Shown here: positions 30,725-40,086 of the stretch, in pieces | Layout: every line of letters starts with the position of its first letter | Position numbering within the stretch: position 1 is the first letter of the stretch | Sequence record: OW967251.1 | Length of the DNA stretch: 64,000 nt | Direction: 5' to 3' (one strand) | Origin: a plasmid | Translations under genes and position numbers: made by a program | Notes under the pieces: generated by a model | Database searches by the model: none | The model's input: only the letters and a program-made list of their open reading frames with translations | What the model was told of the DNA's origin: nothing

Positions 30725-30760
30725 TGAAAACTTACTGCAGCGCCAGTAATGGCGCTGTAA
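30725..30760 (-). terminator. Terminator-like hairpin immediately after the traV stop codon.
   Basis: On the minus strand, a perfect 7-bp stem (CAGCGCC/GGCGCUG) with a 6-nt loop is followed by AGUAAGUUUUC. Confidence 0.3.
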
Positions 30761-30761
30761 A

Positions 30762-31331
30762 TCAATTAAGGCGAGGTTGTCCCCACGCCGATGGTTTTAC
30801 GACAAAAAGAACCGTTGCCGGCTGGTGATATACATCATCTGCATCCACATACGGCGCTATCCACAATGACGTTGTCTCCTCCCCGTTTCTTAATGGTCGG
30901 GGATAATTACCCGGAATTGTCGCCGGAGAAGTATAAGTACTAAGACTAACTGGCCTGATATATACCGGAGCAGTCCGTGTTCTCAGGACGTCATCATAAT
31001 TGACCGGTACCGTATTCAGGAACCCGGGTTTATTACTCACCGTCACAGATGGCGCTGTATTACGCCCTGGATTAATTACTGGCTGTGGCGGCAGCGGATA
31101 TGAGTTTGGCGACGTCGTTCTGAAATTTCCGTCAGCCAGTCGTGGCAATCCGGCCGCAGCCGGCTTTGCGTCACTGCGTTCCTCTTTCAGCTTAGCTTTT
31201 TCATTTGCCTGTTCCATCGTCATACAGGTATCCGACGTCGTGGCATTACATTGAAATTCGGTCTCTGTGCCCGCACACCCGGTTAAGAGCAAAGCGCTGC
31301 CCAGAGGAATTAACAGCATTAATTCCTTCAT
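30762..31331 (-). CDS. traV: TraV, the outer-membrane lipoprotein of the pilus assembly core.
   Basis: Lipobox LLLTGCAG. It is proline-rich and matches F synteny. Confidence 0.85.
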   Translation of the reverse strand: MKELMLLIPLGSALLLTGCAGTETEFQCNATTSDTCMTMEQANEKAKLKEERSDAKPAAAGLPRLADGNFRTTSPNSYPLPPQPVINPGRNTAPSVTVSNKPGFLNTVPVNYDDVLRTRTAPVYIRPVSLSTYTSPATIPGNYPRPLRNGEETTSLWIAPYVDADDVYHQPATVLFVVKPSAWGQPRLN

Positions 31332-31353
31332 GATATTTCTCGCTATTTATCGG

Positions 31354-31950
31354 TTATTTCTTCAGGTTCATCCTGATTTGGGTATTTTCCTTAATCGTCC
31401 GAACAAATTTATCCCCTTCACCCGGACTCATTTCATCGTAAACACGCTTAATCTGGCTGACATCAGATCGGGCTAGAATCAGCCCTGAAGAACCCAAAAC
31501 AGACTCTCCGACGACAACACCGTTTTTCCGTATGATCCCCCTGCGGACAGGAGTCCGACGGAAAACCACAGCGATCCCGGTAAACACCACCGCCATCAGC
31601 AGCCAGAGCCAGAGAATATTATGCGTATAGCTCTGGTCGATATAGGCTGCATACCCTGCTGCATCTGTAATGACGGTGGTGCAGTCTTCCTGTAAAAGCG
31701 GAGGCAGTGGTGCGTTCACCGCATCACTATTGAGTTCTTTCGGCCCCGTGCAGTCCTGAATGACATATCCCTCCTGCTGCACGGACTCTACGGTTTTCAC
31801 CAGCGTCTGGCCGAACGTGTACGGTCCCGTCCGGAACACCAGAACAACCAGTAACATCATCATGGCCAGCGGATACACCACCGCACACTTAACCAGCCAG
31901 TGAGCCCAGCGCAGTACTGACAGAACAGCAGTAATGAGAGACTTAGCCAT
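31354..31950 (-). CDS. traP: TraP-like inner-membrane protein.
   Basis: About 198 aa from MAKSLITAVL. It lies between traB and traV. No trbD or trbG are resolvable. Confidence 0.55.
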   Translation of the reverse strand: MAKSLITAVLSVLRWAHWLVKCAVVYPLAMMMLLVVLVFRTGPYTFGQTLVKTVESVQQEGYVIQDCTGPKELNSDAVNAPLPPLLQEDCTTVITDAAGYAAYIDQSYTHNILWLWLLMAVVFTGIAVVFRRTPVRRGIIRKNGVVVGESVLGSSGLILARSDVSQIKRVYDEMSPGEGDKFVRTIKENTQIRMNLKK

Positions 31951-33367
31951 TATTTTCCCCCTGCGGCGCTGCGCCCGGAGAGAACTCACGCGGATCAAGT
32001 TTGCCCAGCTTCTTCAGCATCTCGTCAGTATTGAATCCGTTCATACCGCCGCCTGACTGATGATGTGCATCAGCCTGCGGTGCCGGCTCCGCCTCCTGAT
32101 TCTGAGCCTGCTGTTGCCCGTTCTTTTCCGCTTCCAGCTCTTCGATGGTTTTCAGCTGAAATCCATCCTGGAACACGACAGTCACTTCGTTACCGGCACC
32201 AATCGGAATGACCGGGTGATACTGCTCAGCCCTTTTGATGTAGTACTCGCTCAGCGTCTGCGCAGCTTTAGATGCACCACCGCCGACACCCATTTTCAGA
32301 ACATCACCGGCGCCAACAGATGCGGTTGCCCCCAGGCCAACTGCCGGCTGTGAAGCGCGTTCCATGCCCTGGCCAATCCCGTCAACAAAACCGGCCCCCC
32401 ATGCCCAGCCGAGGATTTTTCCGTTACGCATCACCACCTCTCCCTTAACCCCGTTTTTCCCCATAAAGGAAACGTGGCCGTTAATGGGCTGATCGATGGT
32501 TTTATCACCTTTGATACAGCTGATATTACGGGTACGGACAATGGCGCGCTCACTCGATACATCACCCCAGGCTTCAAGCCCCACAAAGCAGCCGGTCAGG
32601 TCATAGGTTTTGCTGTTTGGCATTTCCACGCGACCGGTGATACGCAGCTGCATCGGTACAGTGGATTCATTCCCGGTAACAGACGCGTTGGCATCTGCCC
32701 CCTCGATAAGCATGCTTTTTGCAAAGCTCCCCGACGGAATGTACGGCAATGACTTCGCTTTCTTTCCTTTGTCATAACTGAACGTTTTACGCTGTATCTG
32801 GTTTGGTACCGGTACAGACTGGTAGCTGACCTGCGGCGGCGGTGTCATACCATTCCCCGGATAGAATGCCGTCGGAGGCGGTACCGCGGCGCCGGTTTGC
32901 GGCGGATAACTGGCTGGCTGCGGCTCCCCTTCCGGACCGGGTGGCGGTGACGGAGGAGTCGGCGCGGGCTCGCCACCAGAGACAGCCGGTTTCACGCCCA
33001 GCGCCTTCAGCTGATTCTGCATGGCTTCATTGTCACTGCTGAGTTTGTCGATACGTATCTGGTCAGCGCTTCGCGCCTTACTCAGTAGGTCCACTTCCCC
33101 CTGCAGGGAGTCAAAACGCTTGTTGAGATCAGCGGCAGTCGCCTGCATTTCTGTTGTCGCGTGCTGCTCCACCTTACTGTTGAAGCTGCTGTCGACCACC
33201 CCGGTCATATCCGGTGCGGGTTCGCCCTGAGCCGGGGCTTCCTCATCAGAGCTCATGTTCAGATCTGACAGATACAGCCCGCCTCCGACGGCTGCCGCGC
33301 CGCCCGCCAGAATGAGTCCCAGCCAGATATATTGCTTACGTTTGATCAGCGTGTTGAAGTTGGCCAT
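31943..33367 (-). CDS. traB: TraB, a VirB10-like protein.
   Basis: 474 aa. N-terminal transmembrane segment, proline-rich linker and a conserved C-terminal domain, as in F TraB. Confidence 0.93.
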   Translation of the reverse strand: MANFNTLIKRKQYIWLGLILAGGAAAVGGGLYLSDLNMSSDEEAPAQGEPAPDMTGVVDSSFNSKVEQHATTEMQATAADLNKRFDSLQGEVDLLSKARSADQIRIDKLSSDNEAMQNQLKALGVKPAVSGGEPAPTPPSPPPGPEGEPQPASYPPQTGAAVPPPTAFYPGNGMTPPPQVSYQSVPVPNQIQRKTFSYDKGKKAKSLPYIPSGSFAKSMLIEGADANASVTGNESTVPMQLRITGRVEMPNSKTYDLTGCFVGLEAWGDVSSERAIVRTRNISCIKGDKTIDQPINGHVSFMGKNGVKGEVVMRNGKILGWAWGAGFVDGIGQGMERASQPAVGLGATASVGAGDVLKMGVGGGASKAAQTLSEYYIKRAEQYHPVIPIGAGNEVTVVFQDGFQLKTIEELEAEKNGQQQAQNQEAEPAPQADAHHQSGGGMNGFNTDEMLKKLGKLDPREFSPGAAPQGENNG

Positions 33368-34107
33368 CAGCGCTCCACTCCTTCATCTGACGTCGTGACC
33401 CAGATCTGCATGCGACCACCGGCAGTCAGCAGGCCTGCCGGGGTACTGAACATGACGGCACGTGTTCCGGGCTGCCAGAAATCGCTTTCACGAACCATAC
33501 GGGCCGACAGGGAGACATTGTCCAGACTGTAACGGACAACTTTCAGGTGATGACCGACCCAGACCCGATCGGCAGTGGCGCGCAGACCAGCCGGCACCTG
33601 CAGCACTTCAGAAGTGACGGGGACAGACTGATACTCATCGGGTACGCTGCCCTGGCGCACGGCGCGATTCAGCGAAACCAGTAACGATTCATAGGGGTTC
33701 GACTCCTCCCAGGCTTTTGCCGGACCGGGTGTCCCTGCCAGCTCGCTGACCAGCTGAATTGTCCGGCCTGAGCCCGCACGGGGCACGGCACGAATGGAGA
33801 AGTTCAGTCCGCGTTCGGTTTCCACAATGAAGGTGAATGGTTTTTTACTGACGGTCGCCAGAATGGCGCCGCCGCTGTCGGTCTGCTCCTGGTTTGTCAG
33901 ACCGCCGTCCAGGCTGTTTATCGCCGTGATGCGATCTCCAGGTACTGTGAACAGATTCGGATCGGTGTTACTCACGGCAATATTTGCCTGACCGCCATTG
34001 GTCAGGGGAACCACTGTCGGCGCCAGCGTTCCGCTAAGGGTCGCTGACATCGCGGGGGCGACCAACAGCAGACAGCCTGAAATAAATAACGGGTTAATTT
34101 TTTTCAT
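33367..34107 (-). CDS. traK: TraK, a secretin-like/VirB9-like protein.
   Basis: 246 aa with a signal peptide and F-TraK-like sequence. Confidence 0.9.
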   Translation of the reverse strand: MKKINPLFISGCLLLVAPAMSATLSGTLAPTVVPLTNGGQANIAVSNTDPNLFTVPGDRITAINSLDGGLTNQEQTDSGGAILATVSKKPFTFIVETERGLNFSIRAVPRAGSGRTIQLVSELAGTPGPAKAWEESNPYESLLVSLNRAVRQGSVPDEYQSVPVTSEVLQVPAGLRATADRVWVGHHLKVVRYSLDNVSLSARMVRESDFWQPGTRAVMFSTPAGLLTAGGRMQIWVTTSDEGVER

Positions 34108-34660
34108 TATTTATTTCTCCAAAACGCGCCAGCCAGCTGACACCATCGACACGACTGAACTGAATGACATAACTTTTAATTTCACTGTAGGGTTTGGAAT
34201 CCCCAATCCACGTTTTCAGCTCACCCCGGATATCCACGCGGTTCTCTGCCGGCCACGCACGGATCGAGGTCATATAAAAGGTGGCATTAACGTTATTGTC
34301 TTTAATGCGTTTCGCATCTTCAGCCAGCTGGACCTTGAGGCTGTTCTGCGAGGCGGGTAATACATACCGGAGTAGCTGCTGATGCTGGGCATCAACCGTT
34401 TCCGGCGTGACATTCAGACGCAGGGCAACGAAGGACAGGCCCAGCTGCTCAATATAAGAGGCGTCAGCCTGGTTCTGAGACACCGCAAAGGGTGCACGGA
34501 ATAACATCGGTGTCACCGCCACTTTCTGTTCCGTCTGCAGACGGTAATTATTTATGCCCTGGATAATATTGGTCGCAAGACTGAGGGTCAGGAGTGTCCC
34601 CAGACTGATAAATCCCACAGCGATAACGCGGGTGGTATTTTGTCTGGCACCATGTTCCAT
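34094..34660 (-). CDS. traE: TraE.
   Basis: 188 aa, identical in length to F TraE. N-terminal transmembrane segment. Confidence 0.9.
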   Translation of the reverse strand: MEHGARQNTTRVIAVGFISLGTLLTLSLATNIIQGINNYRLQTEQKVAVTPMLFRAPFAVSQNQADASYIEQLGLSFVALRLNVTPETVDAQHQQLLRYVLPASQNSLKVQLAEDAKRIKDNNVNATFYMTSIRAWPAENRVDIRGELKTWIGDSKPYSEIKSYVIQFSRVDGVSWLARFGEINNEKN

Positions 34661-34679
34661 ATGTTATTTCCCCGTTGAT

Positions 34680-34985
34680 TTATTTAATCCACTGCCGGAA
34701 ACAGGAGTCCGGAACATCATGAAAGAAACCTTTAAGAAGGGAGGTTGGCAGATACCAGTAAATCAGGTCGCGTAGCCAGGAACTGCCCCGCCCTTTTTTC
34801 AGTTTCTTGATACCCCAGAAAACCAGTACCGCTGAAGCTATGCCAAAAATGAACTTGCTGGTCCAGAAACCCCAGCCGAGACAAATCACGGCCGGGATAA
34901 GTTCATCGAGATATAAGCCAAACCAGCGGGACTGGTTAGTCAGTGTTTCCGGGAAACGGTATCGCTTTAATTCGTCTCCCGTCAT
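34680..34985 (-). CDS. traL: TraL.
   Basis: The stretch [20 protein letters not shown]...[19 protein letters not shown]...DSCFRQWIK is near-identical to F TraL. The start is at the internal MTGDELK. Confidence 0.9.
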   Translation of the reverse strand: MTGDELKRYRFPETLTNQSRWFGLYLDELIPAVICLGWGFWTSKFIFGIASAVLVFWGIKKLKKGRGSSWLRDLIYWYLPTSLLKGFFHDVPDSCFRQWIK

Positions 34986-34998
34986 CACGTGCTTCCTG

Positions 34999-35367
34999 TC
35001 AGTAACCGGCGACCGACATACCGATGGTGATAAAGGTGGAAATAATCGCGAAGCCAAACAGGAACTTCACGTTTTTGGTCATCATGTACATGATGCCGCC
35101 GGCGACAACTTCTGCCAGAACCACCCATTTGACGACACTGGACTGCTTACCAAACGTGCCTTTAACGGTCGCATCCCCGGACTTCATCAGGTCGGTTGCC
35201 GTGGTGGTGGCCATCGCAGCATCCGGGAAGAACGCCGCCACAGCAGCAACCGGCAGCGCAACTTTAGCGACTTTCAGGGCTTTCTTTTTATTGAAAACGC
35301 GAGACAGAAAAGACGGTTTGGTTTTTTCAGGGACAGCAGAGCCCTGAACACTTAATACAGCATTCAT
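34999..35367 (-). CDS. traA: TraA propilin.
   Basis: Starts MNAVLSVQG and ends ...[35 protein letters not shown], which matches F pilin. Confidence 0.95.
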   Translation of the reverse strand: MNAVLSVQGSAVPEKTKPSFLSRVFNKKKALKVAKVALPVAAVAAFFPDAAMATTTATDLMKSGDATVKGTFGKQSSVVKWVVLAEVVAGGIMYMMTKNVKFLFGFAIISTFITIGMSVAGY

Positions 35368-35420
35368 ATTTATTTCCTTTTAAATAGATAATGTTTAAAT
35401 GGTAATACCTTCGGGACTAC

Positions 35421-35807
35421 TTATGTTTCAGATTCAGACCTCCTTATCACTTCGACTTCAGAGCTATAAAAATCAGGAAATTCCAACAGATGCGCTTTAA
35501 GGCGAAGGTAAACTTCGAGCGATTTCGAGCGTCCACTTCTGTTTTTTGCCTTAATTAACATTTTGTTAGTTTGTTCATCAAACCGAAGAAATAACCGTTT
35601 TTCTCGTTTTTCTTCAGCACAGTAAATTTTCTGAACATCGTAAAAATCAGGAAACTTCCTTAGATGATCATCAACACGCAGTTGAACTTCCGTGCCTTTA
35701 ACTCGACCACTCCTGCGTATTGCTAATGTCAGATGCTGATAAGTTTCATCGTCACAGGTAAAAACAACTGCACTACCTGCAGCAGGACGATTAACAAGTC
35801 GTTTCAC
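35421..35807 (-). CDS. traY: TraY, the ribbon-helix-helix oriT accessory protein.
   Basis: The motif IKAKNRSGRSKSLEVYLRLKAHLLEFPDFY matches F TraY (IAAKNRSGWCKTDEA...HLIKFPDFY). Confidence 0.85.
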   Translation of the reverse strand: MKRLVNRPAAGSAVVFTCDDETYQHLTLAIRRSGRVKGTEVQLRVDDHLRKFPDFYDVQKIYCAEEKREKRLFLRFDEQTNKMLIKAKNRSGRSKSLEVYLRLKAHLLEFPDFYSSEVEVIRRSESET

Positions 35808-35885
35808 CTTAACCCCTCCTGGAAAAAGCTAAAAGAATTGTTCTCCATTTTCCAATAAAAGGCAATGGTGAAAATGTCATCGATT

Positions 35886-36572
35886 TTATAACAATCTGTT
35901 AACATGCCGAGTGATAATATCCCTGACATTTTTCATTACCGGTTCCAACAGCTCACTTAGATGAAGAACGATGAAGGCATCATCACGACTACTAATATTA
36001 AGCTTGGTTAGTATTTGACTGCTTTTATTTCTGGAAGATCCGTTTTCCAGTCCAAGAAACTGCCCCATAATCTTGTGACTTGCACCGCCTGCATAAAACC
36101 CAAAAAAATCATACTCACTTTTATCAAGCCTTTTGACAGCCCTCATAAAATTAACGACATCCGCATGCAGGGGAAGAGATCTTGTTATTCTTTTAATGGA
36201 GTTTGATGCCCTTCCAAACTTCCATAAAAAGTGGACAGCACCATCACTGACAAATTCCTCGATCATAAAATCAAATTGCTTTCCATTGATATAAATACAT
36301 CTTTCAATATGGAAGTTAGATTGTTCAATTTGAATCAGTAGTTCTAACTCTCGAAGTCCAAGAAAGGTGTCAGTACCAATCAGTTCCTCCCAACTTCGTT
36401 CGGACTGCAAAGCGCCCCCGAACTCATACAAAAATGCTGAATTGAATGCCGGAAATTCTCCTGACTGATTATGAATACAAACCGGGAAAGAATAGTGCAT
36501 GATGAGCGCCTCAAGAGAAGAAGCGAGGGATTGACGGCAGGTGTCTTTTTCATTACGATCCATCGGATACAT
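35886..36572 (-). CDS. traJ: TraJ, the transfer activator.
   Basis: An internal MYPMDR start matches the F TraJ N-terminus. The locus is AT-rich and divergent, as is typical for traJ. Confidence 0.8.
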   Translation of the reverse strand: MYPMDRNEKDTCRQSLASSLEALIMHYSFPVCIHNQSGEFPAFNSAFLYEFGGALQSERSWEELIGTDTFLGLRELELLIQIEQSNFHIERCIYINGKQFDFMIEEFVSDGAVHFLWKFGRASNSIKRITRSLPLHADVVNFMRAVKRLDKSEYDFFGFYAGGASHKIMGQFLGLENGSSRNKSSQILTKLNISSRDDAFIVLHLSELLEPVMKNVRDIITRHVNRLL

Positions 36573-36579
36573 AGAGGCC

Positions 36580-36670
36580 TCCTTGTTAGGTCTACTATGG
36601 GCAGTAGGTATGAGAAGGTGAATGCTTCTCATACCTGCGAAACTCAAATTTTCACTTACTATTTGAAAAA
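36580..36670 (+). ncRNA. finP: Putative finP antisense RNA region in the traJ leader. This is positional only.
   Basis: FinO is present. F-like plasmids encode finP antisense to the traJ 5' UTR. No structure was verified here. Confidence 0.2.
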
Positions 36671-36745
36671 ATAATAATGCATTTATAATTACATGTCATC
36701 TATAAAAGACCGAGTTTTATTCTTTTTATACCCTGTGCATCAGCA

Positions 36746-37144
36746 TTAATCATTAGTATTATTTACCTCATCCTCTTCAGGGAAATACATACGCATAACT
36801 TCCTGCACGTCTTCCTGAATATTCTGAATGATCCCTTTCCATTGCCATCGAGGGTCATCCTTTACATGGGGACTGAGGCATTCAATACCCAAAACTTTAT
36901 TCATAGAAAACTGTGTTTTAACTACATATTCGAATAAAGCCTTATTGAATGCCATCTGATTGAAACCAGACTCCTTACGTTCCATTTGAGCTTCATACAC
37001 ACGAAGCCCAAGCTCAATGAGCATCGAACTGATACTTGAAAAATTCACATCCTTGTCCTTAGCACCGCCAGCACGACGCTGCTCAATGATTGCATTGATT
37101 TTCTCAACAACCTGATCACTTATATAAACCTGCACTCTTGGCAT
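36746..37144 (-). CDS. traM: TraM, the relaxosome accessory protein.
   Basis: The stretch VQVYISDQVVEKINAIIEQRRAGGAKDKDVNFSSISSMLIELGLRVYEAQMERKES is near-identical to F TraM. The start is at the internal MPRVQ. Confidence 0.9.
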   Translation of the reverse strand: MPRVQVYISDQVVEKINAIIEQRRAGGAKDKDVNFSSISSMLIELGLRVYEAQMERKESGFNQMAFNKALFEYVVKTQFSMNKVLGIECLSPHVKDDPRWQWKGIIQNIQEDVQEVMRMYFPEEDEVNNTND

Positions 37145-37213
37145 AGCAAATCCTTTCTTATTAAGAGTGAATACTAACAACACACATATAGAATTTTCGT
37201 CCAACAAACTCAA

Positions 37214-37560
37214 GATTAGAGTCCAGACTACACTCTAGAGTCTAGAGCATAAAGTATCTCATCAAAAGGGACTACACTCTAGAGTGCAATCCCAATTATC
37301 CATCTGATTTTATAGACGATAGTCGTTATCGACTCTAAAAAGACTCTATCCAGACTCTATTTAGAGTCTGGATAGAGTCTGTTTATACTTTCTAAATGAA
37401 AGAAACAGAAAGTTCACTCACATAAGCTCATAATTTAAAGGATAAATCTGCAAAATTTTAATTTTGCGTGGGGTGTGGTGATTTTGTGGTGAGGAGTGCA
37501 TATATGTTGAGTCTCGGTCTTGGATGGGTTAAGGTTATTCCGGGATTTGGCACGGAGGGG
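37214..37560 (+). other. oriT: oriT, the origin of transfer. It carries an F-type nic motif and putative TraM/TraY/IHF binding palindromes.
   Basis: TTGCGTGGGGTGT|GGTG at about 37461-37477 matches the F nic site. A perfect 19-2-19 inverted repeat AGACTCTATCCAGACTCTA..TAGAGTCTGGATAGAGTCT lies at about 37353-37392. Direct repeats GACTACACTCTAGAGT occur twice at about 37232-37285. The region lies between traM and gene X. Confidence 0.8.
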
Positions 37561-37565
37561 AATTC

Positions 37566-38051
37566 ATGAAGGGAGTAGCGTTTGGTATCATCCTGTCTTT
37601 AATACCATTGTCATCAATGGCAGCAGACTGCTTTGATATGGCTGGCAGGGATTACAAAATTGATCCGGATCTCCTGCGTGCTATATCATGGCAAGAATCA
37701 CGATTTAAAATTGATGCGATTGGGCGTAATCCTGTTACGGGTTATGGATCAGGCTTGATGCAAATTGACTCGCAGCATTTCAACGAACTGTCGCGATATG
37801 GAATAAAACCGGATCATCTTCTTAGCGATGCTTGTCTTAACATCTACACCGGAGCCTATTATCTGGCTCAGGCGTTTAAAAAGTGGGGCGTTTCGTGGGA
37901 TGCAGTCGGGGCATACAATGCAGGCTTCAAAAAGACCCCGCGCCAGGCAGCAAGACGTTACGAGTATGCGAAGAAGATCCATTACTACTACACGGCTATC
38001 AAAGCAAGCAAACGAACTTCTTCTAAAGATCAGAAAATCGCCATGAACTAA
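37566..38051 (+). CDS. Lytic transglycosylase (gene X / orf169 / P19 family).
   Basis: Signal peptide plus the motifs AISWQESRF and GLMQI, and SLT-domain catalytic glutamate context. This is its classic position next to oriT. Confidence 0.88.
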   Translation: MKGVAFGIILSLIPLSSMAADCFDMAGRDYKIDPDLLRAISWQESRFKIDAIGRNPVTGYGSGLMQIDSQHFNELSRYGIKPDHLLSDACLNIYTGAYYLAQAFKKWGVSWDAVGAYNAGFKKTPRQAARRYEYAKKIHYYYTAIKASKRTSSKDQKIAMN

Positions 38052-38083
38052 AAAGCCTTCTGATATAAGAAGGCTTGAATTTC

Positions 38084-38416
38084 TTAAAAATCTACGGCAT
38101 CTATACCTGGATAATAATCGGCATCACTATCAAAATGAAAAAGCAGATACCCGCCCTCCCGGTGCATTAGTATGAGATTTTTGCGTAAAAATTTTGACAC
38201 CCCACCTCTTTTTAGCGCCAGAAGATGGCGTTTGAAATCATACATCCTTATAACACAACCATAAGGTGTATCATGTATCCACTCTAAGTAACTATCGCAA
38301 GTTAGATAATTGGTTGTTGATGAAAGCACCTGAAGAACTCTGATATCACCTTCTTCCATATGTGAAATACTGATACAGACAGCTTTAAATTCAAACATAA
38401 GTATTCCCACCATCAA
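38084..38416 (-). CDS. Hypothetical leading-region protein (110 aa).
   Basis: ORF downstream of the DUF932 gene. Confidence 0.4.
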   Translation of the reverse strand: MMVGILMFEFKAVCISISHMEEGDIRVLQVLSSTTNYLTCDSYLEWIHDTPYGCVIRMYDFKRHLLALKRGGVSKFLRKNLILMHREGGYLLFHFDSDADYYPGIDAVDF

Positions 38417-38445
38417 AACGCCGGACAGCTGCCCGGCGCTTATAA

Positions 38446-39267
38446 TTAGCCTTTAAGAGTGCGGAATTTCTCCGCAATTAACCACAATGCCTTATTGAGT
38501 TTAACATCACCATCGATTGCTTTTACTGGCCGGGTTGTTGTTCTTTTCCCTTTTTCAGTTCGGCCAGGCAAACCGCCTTTAATCAGATTTTCCTGGACCC
38601 TTTGATATGTAGTCCAGATGTCATCTTTTTTATCTTCATAACGGCGCGGATGAATTATCTGTTCAATACTGACCGGAGATTTATTTTCATCTTCATATCG
38701 GTAGGTTAATGCAGCTTGTCCAAACAGACGCTGTTCTTCCTTGGTTAAGGCAATAGACTTCATGACATCAACGCCTTCAGTTATTTTATCGAAAATTCCC
38801 AGAACTTCGTAAGCACCTTCGATAACCCTTCCCACAATATCACCTTTATGAGGTACACGAATCTCACCAAACGACGTACCGCACACAAGGCCATTTGTGC
38901 ATACAAAACGGAACATACCCGGGATCATTTGATAACTGGACGATCCATCATGCGAGTTAAGAAGAATGATTTCGGGTACTTCTGTTCCTTTATTGGCCCC
39001 TTCACGGCGAAGTCTTACCATATGCTTAGTATGCCCCCGTTTATCCTCATCCCTTACTCGTGACTGACAGGCAAAAAATGGCTGGAAACCTTCTTCACGT
39101 AATTTATCCAGCAGTGTAATGGTTGGAATATAGGTATAGCGATCACTACGTGAATTATGCTTTTCTTCTGAAAACACAGAAGGTACAACCTTGACTAATT
39201 CATCGTTAGTCAGTGGGCGTTCCTGACGAATGGAATGAGTAAGTCCAAATCGGGATGCTAAACGCAT
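38446..39267 (-). CDS. DUF932-family leading-region protein.
   Basis: Start at MRLASRFG, preceded by an AGGAG ribosome-binding site. The longer track ORF reads through into repeat copy A. It has the conserved DUF932-like core (HDGSSSYQ, FRFVCTNGLV). Confidence 0.7.
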   Translation of the reverse strand: MRLASRFGLTHSIRQERPLTNDELVKVVPSVFSEEKHNSRSDRYTYIPTITLLDKLREEGFQPFFACQSRVRDEDKRGHTKHMVRLRREGANKGTEVPEIILLNSHDGSSSYQMIPGMFRFVCTNGLVCGTSFGEIRVPHKGDIVGRVIEGAYEVLGIFDKITEGVDVMKSIALTKEEQRLFGQAALTYRYEDENKSPVSIEQIIHPRRYEDKKDDIWTTYQRVQENLIKGGLPGRTEKGKRTTTRPVKAIDGDVKLNKALWLIAEKFRTLKG

Positions 39268-39299
39268 TTTTTTCTCCTTAATTAGACCTGAATTTTTTA

Positions 39300-39960
39300 A
39301 ACCATCACCCGTTGAGTTGCCGGGGCCGCGGTTTTGACTTTGTGCGGGGACCTGCTGAACCTGCCCCTGGATATAACCTTCACCCGTTTGAGAGCCGTTC
39401 GCCGCAAGGGCGTAAACGAGCACAGCCCGGTGCAGATGTCCGGGGGTGAGCGGGAAATTTTTTTCGGCCTAATGAAGCGGCAGCGGAATGGCCGGGAAAA
39501 ATTTATTGCGAAAGGCCCTGCCGTCCCCTGGACAGCAAGACGGGTTGTGCTTGTCTCAGCCCCGGCGAATGGACTCAAACGGGTGATACGGGTACCAGGG
39601 GAAAGGAGCAGGCACCCGCCGCAACGACGGAACGCGCGGGCGCGAAACGGCGTTGCCCCGCAGAGTGCCGGCAGTCCTTCGCCGGCACGGTGAAAGCGGC
39701 GCGACCGGGACGGTCGCAGCAAGCGCTGCCGTTGACCTTGACGTCAGACATCAGACACTAGCCGTCAGGCCCGAAACCGCTTTGCGGGTTCGGCGGAGCT
39801 TACCGCGTCTTTTCGCGGTTAGCGGAGTGTGGCTCGACGACCGGACAGCGCAGCTGGCCGGGAGCCGAAGGTGTCCAGTATGGGTGTGCTTTTAAAGCCT
39901 TTAAGGGTTAAAAAGAGACATCACAGCAGAAAGAAGAAGAGAAAGCAGGAAGACAGGGGG
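39300..39960 (-). repeat. Structured GC-rich repeat, copy A. Putative Frpo/ssi-like single-strand DNA promoter.
   Basis: Copy A starts ACCATCACCCGTTGAGTTGCCGGGGCCGCGG and is near-identical to copies B, C and D. It lies directly 5' of a leading-region gene block. It has internal long-range complementarity (TCACCCGTTTGAG ... CTCAAACGGGTGA). Confidence 0.5.
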
Positions 39961-40086
39961 CAGCAAACAGGGAAAACGCGGAAAGGAAATACGGGCGGCG
40001 CGTGAGCGCGGCCCGGTTTTCCCGGCGACGCAGGCGCGCGGCCTTTTAGCGCAGTCGGGCAGGTGATCCCCTGCCCTTTCGGTTAT

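Noticed and set aside
39297-39722. A 141-aa ORF ([31 protein letters not shown]...) that recurs at 41971..42396, at 51556..51984 and as the N-terminus of 47627..48598.
   Set aside because: It lies wholly within the four-copy structured repeat and is Arg/Pro/Cys-rich, a GC-rich frame artefact with no ribosome-binding site. The downstream real genes (DUF932, orf117, ssb, orf75) have their own internal starts with ribosome-binding sites.
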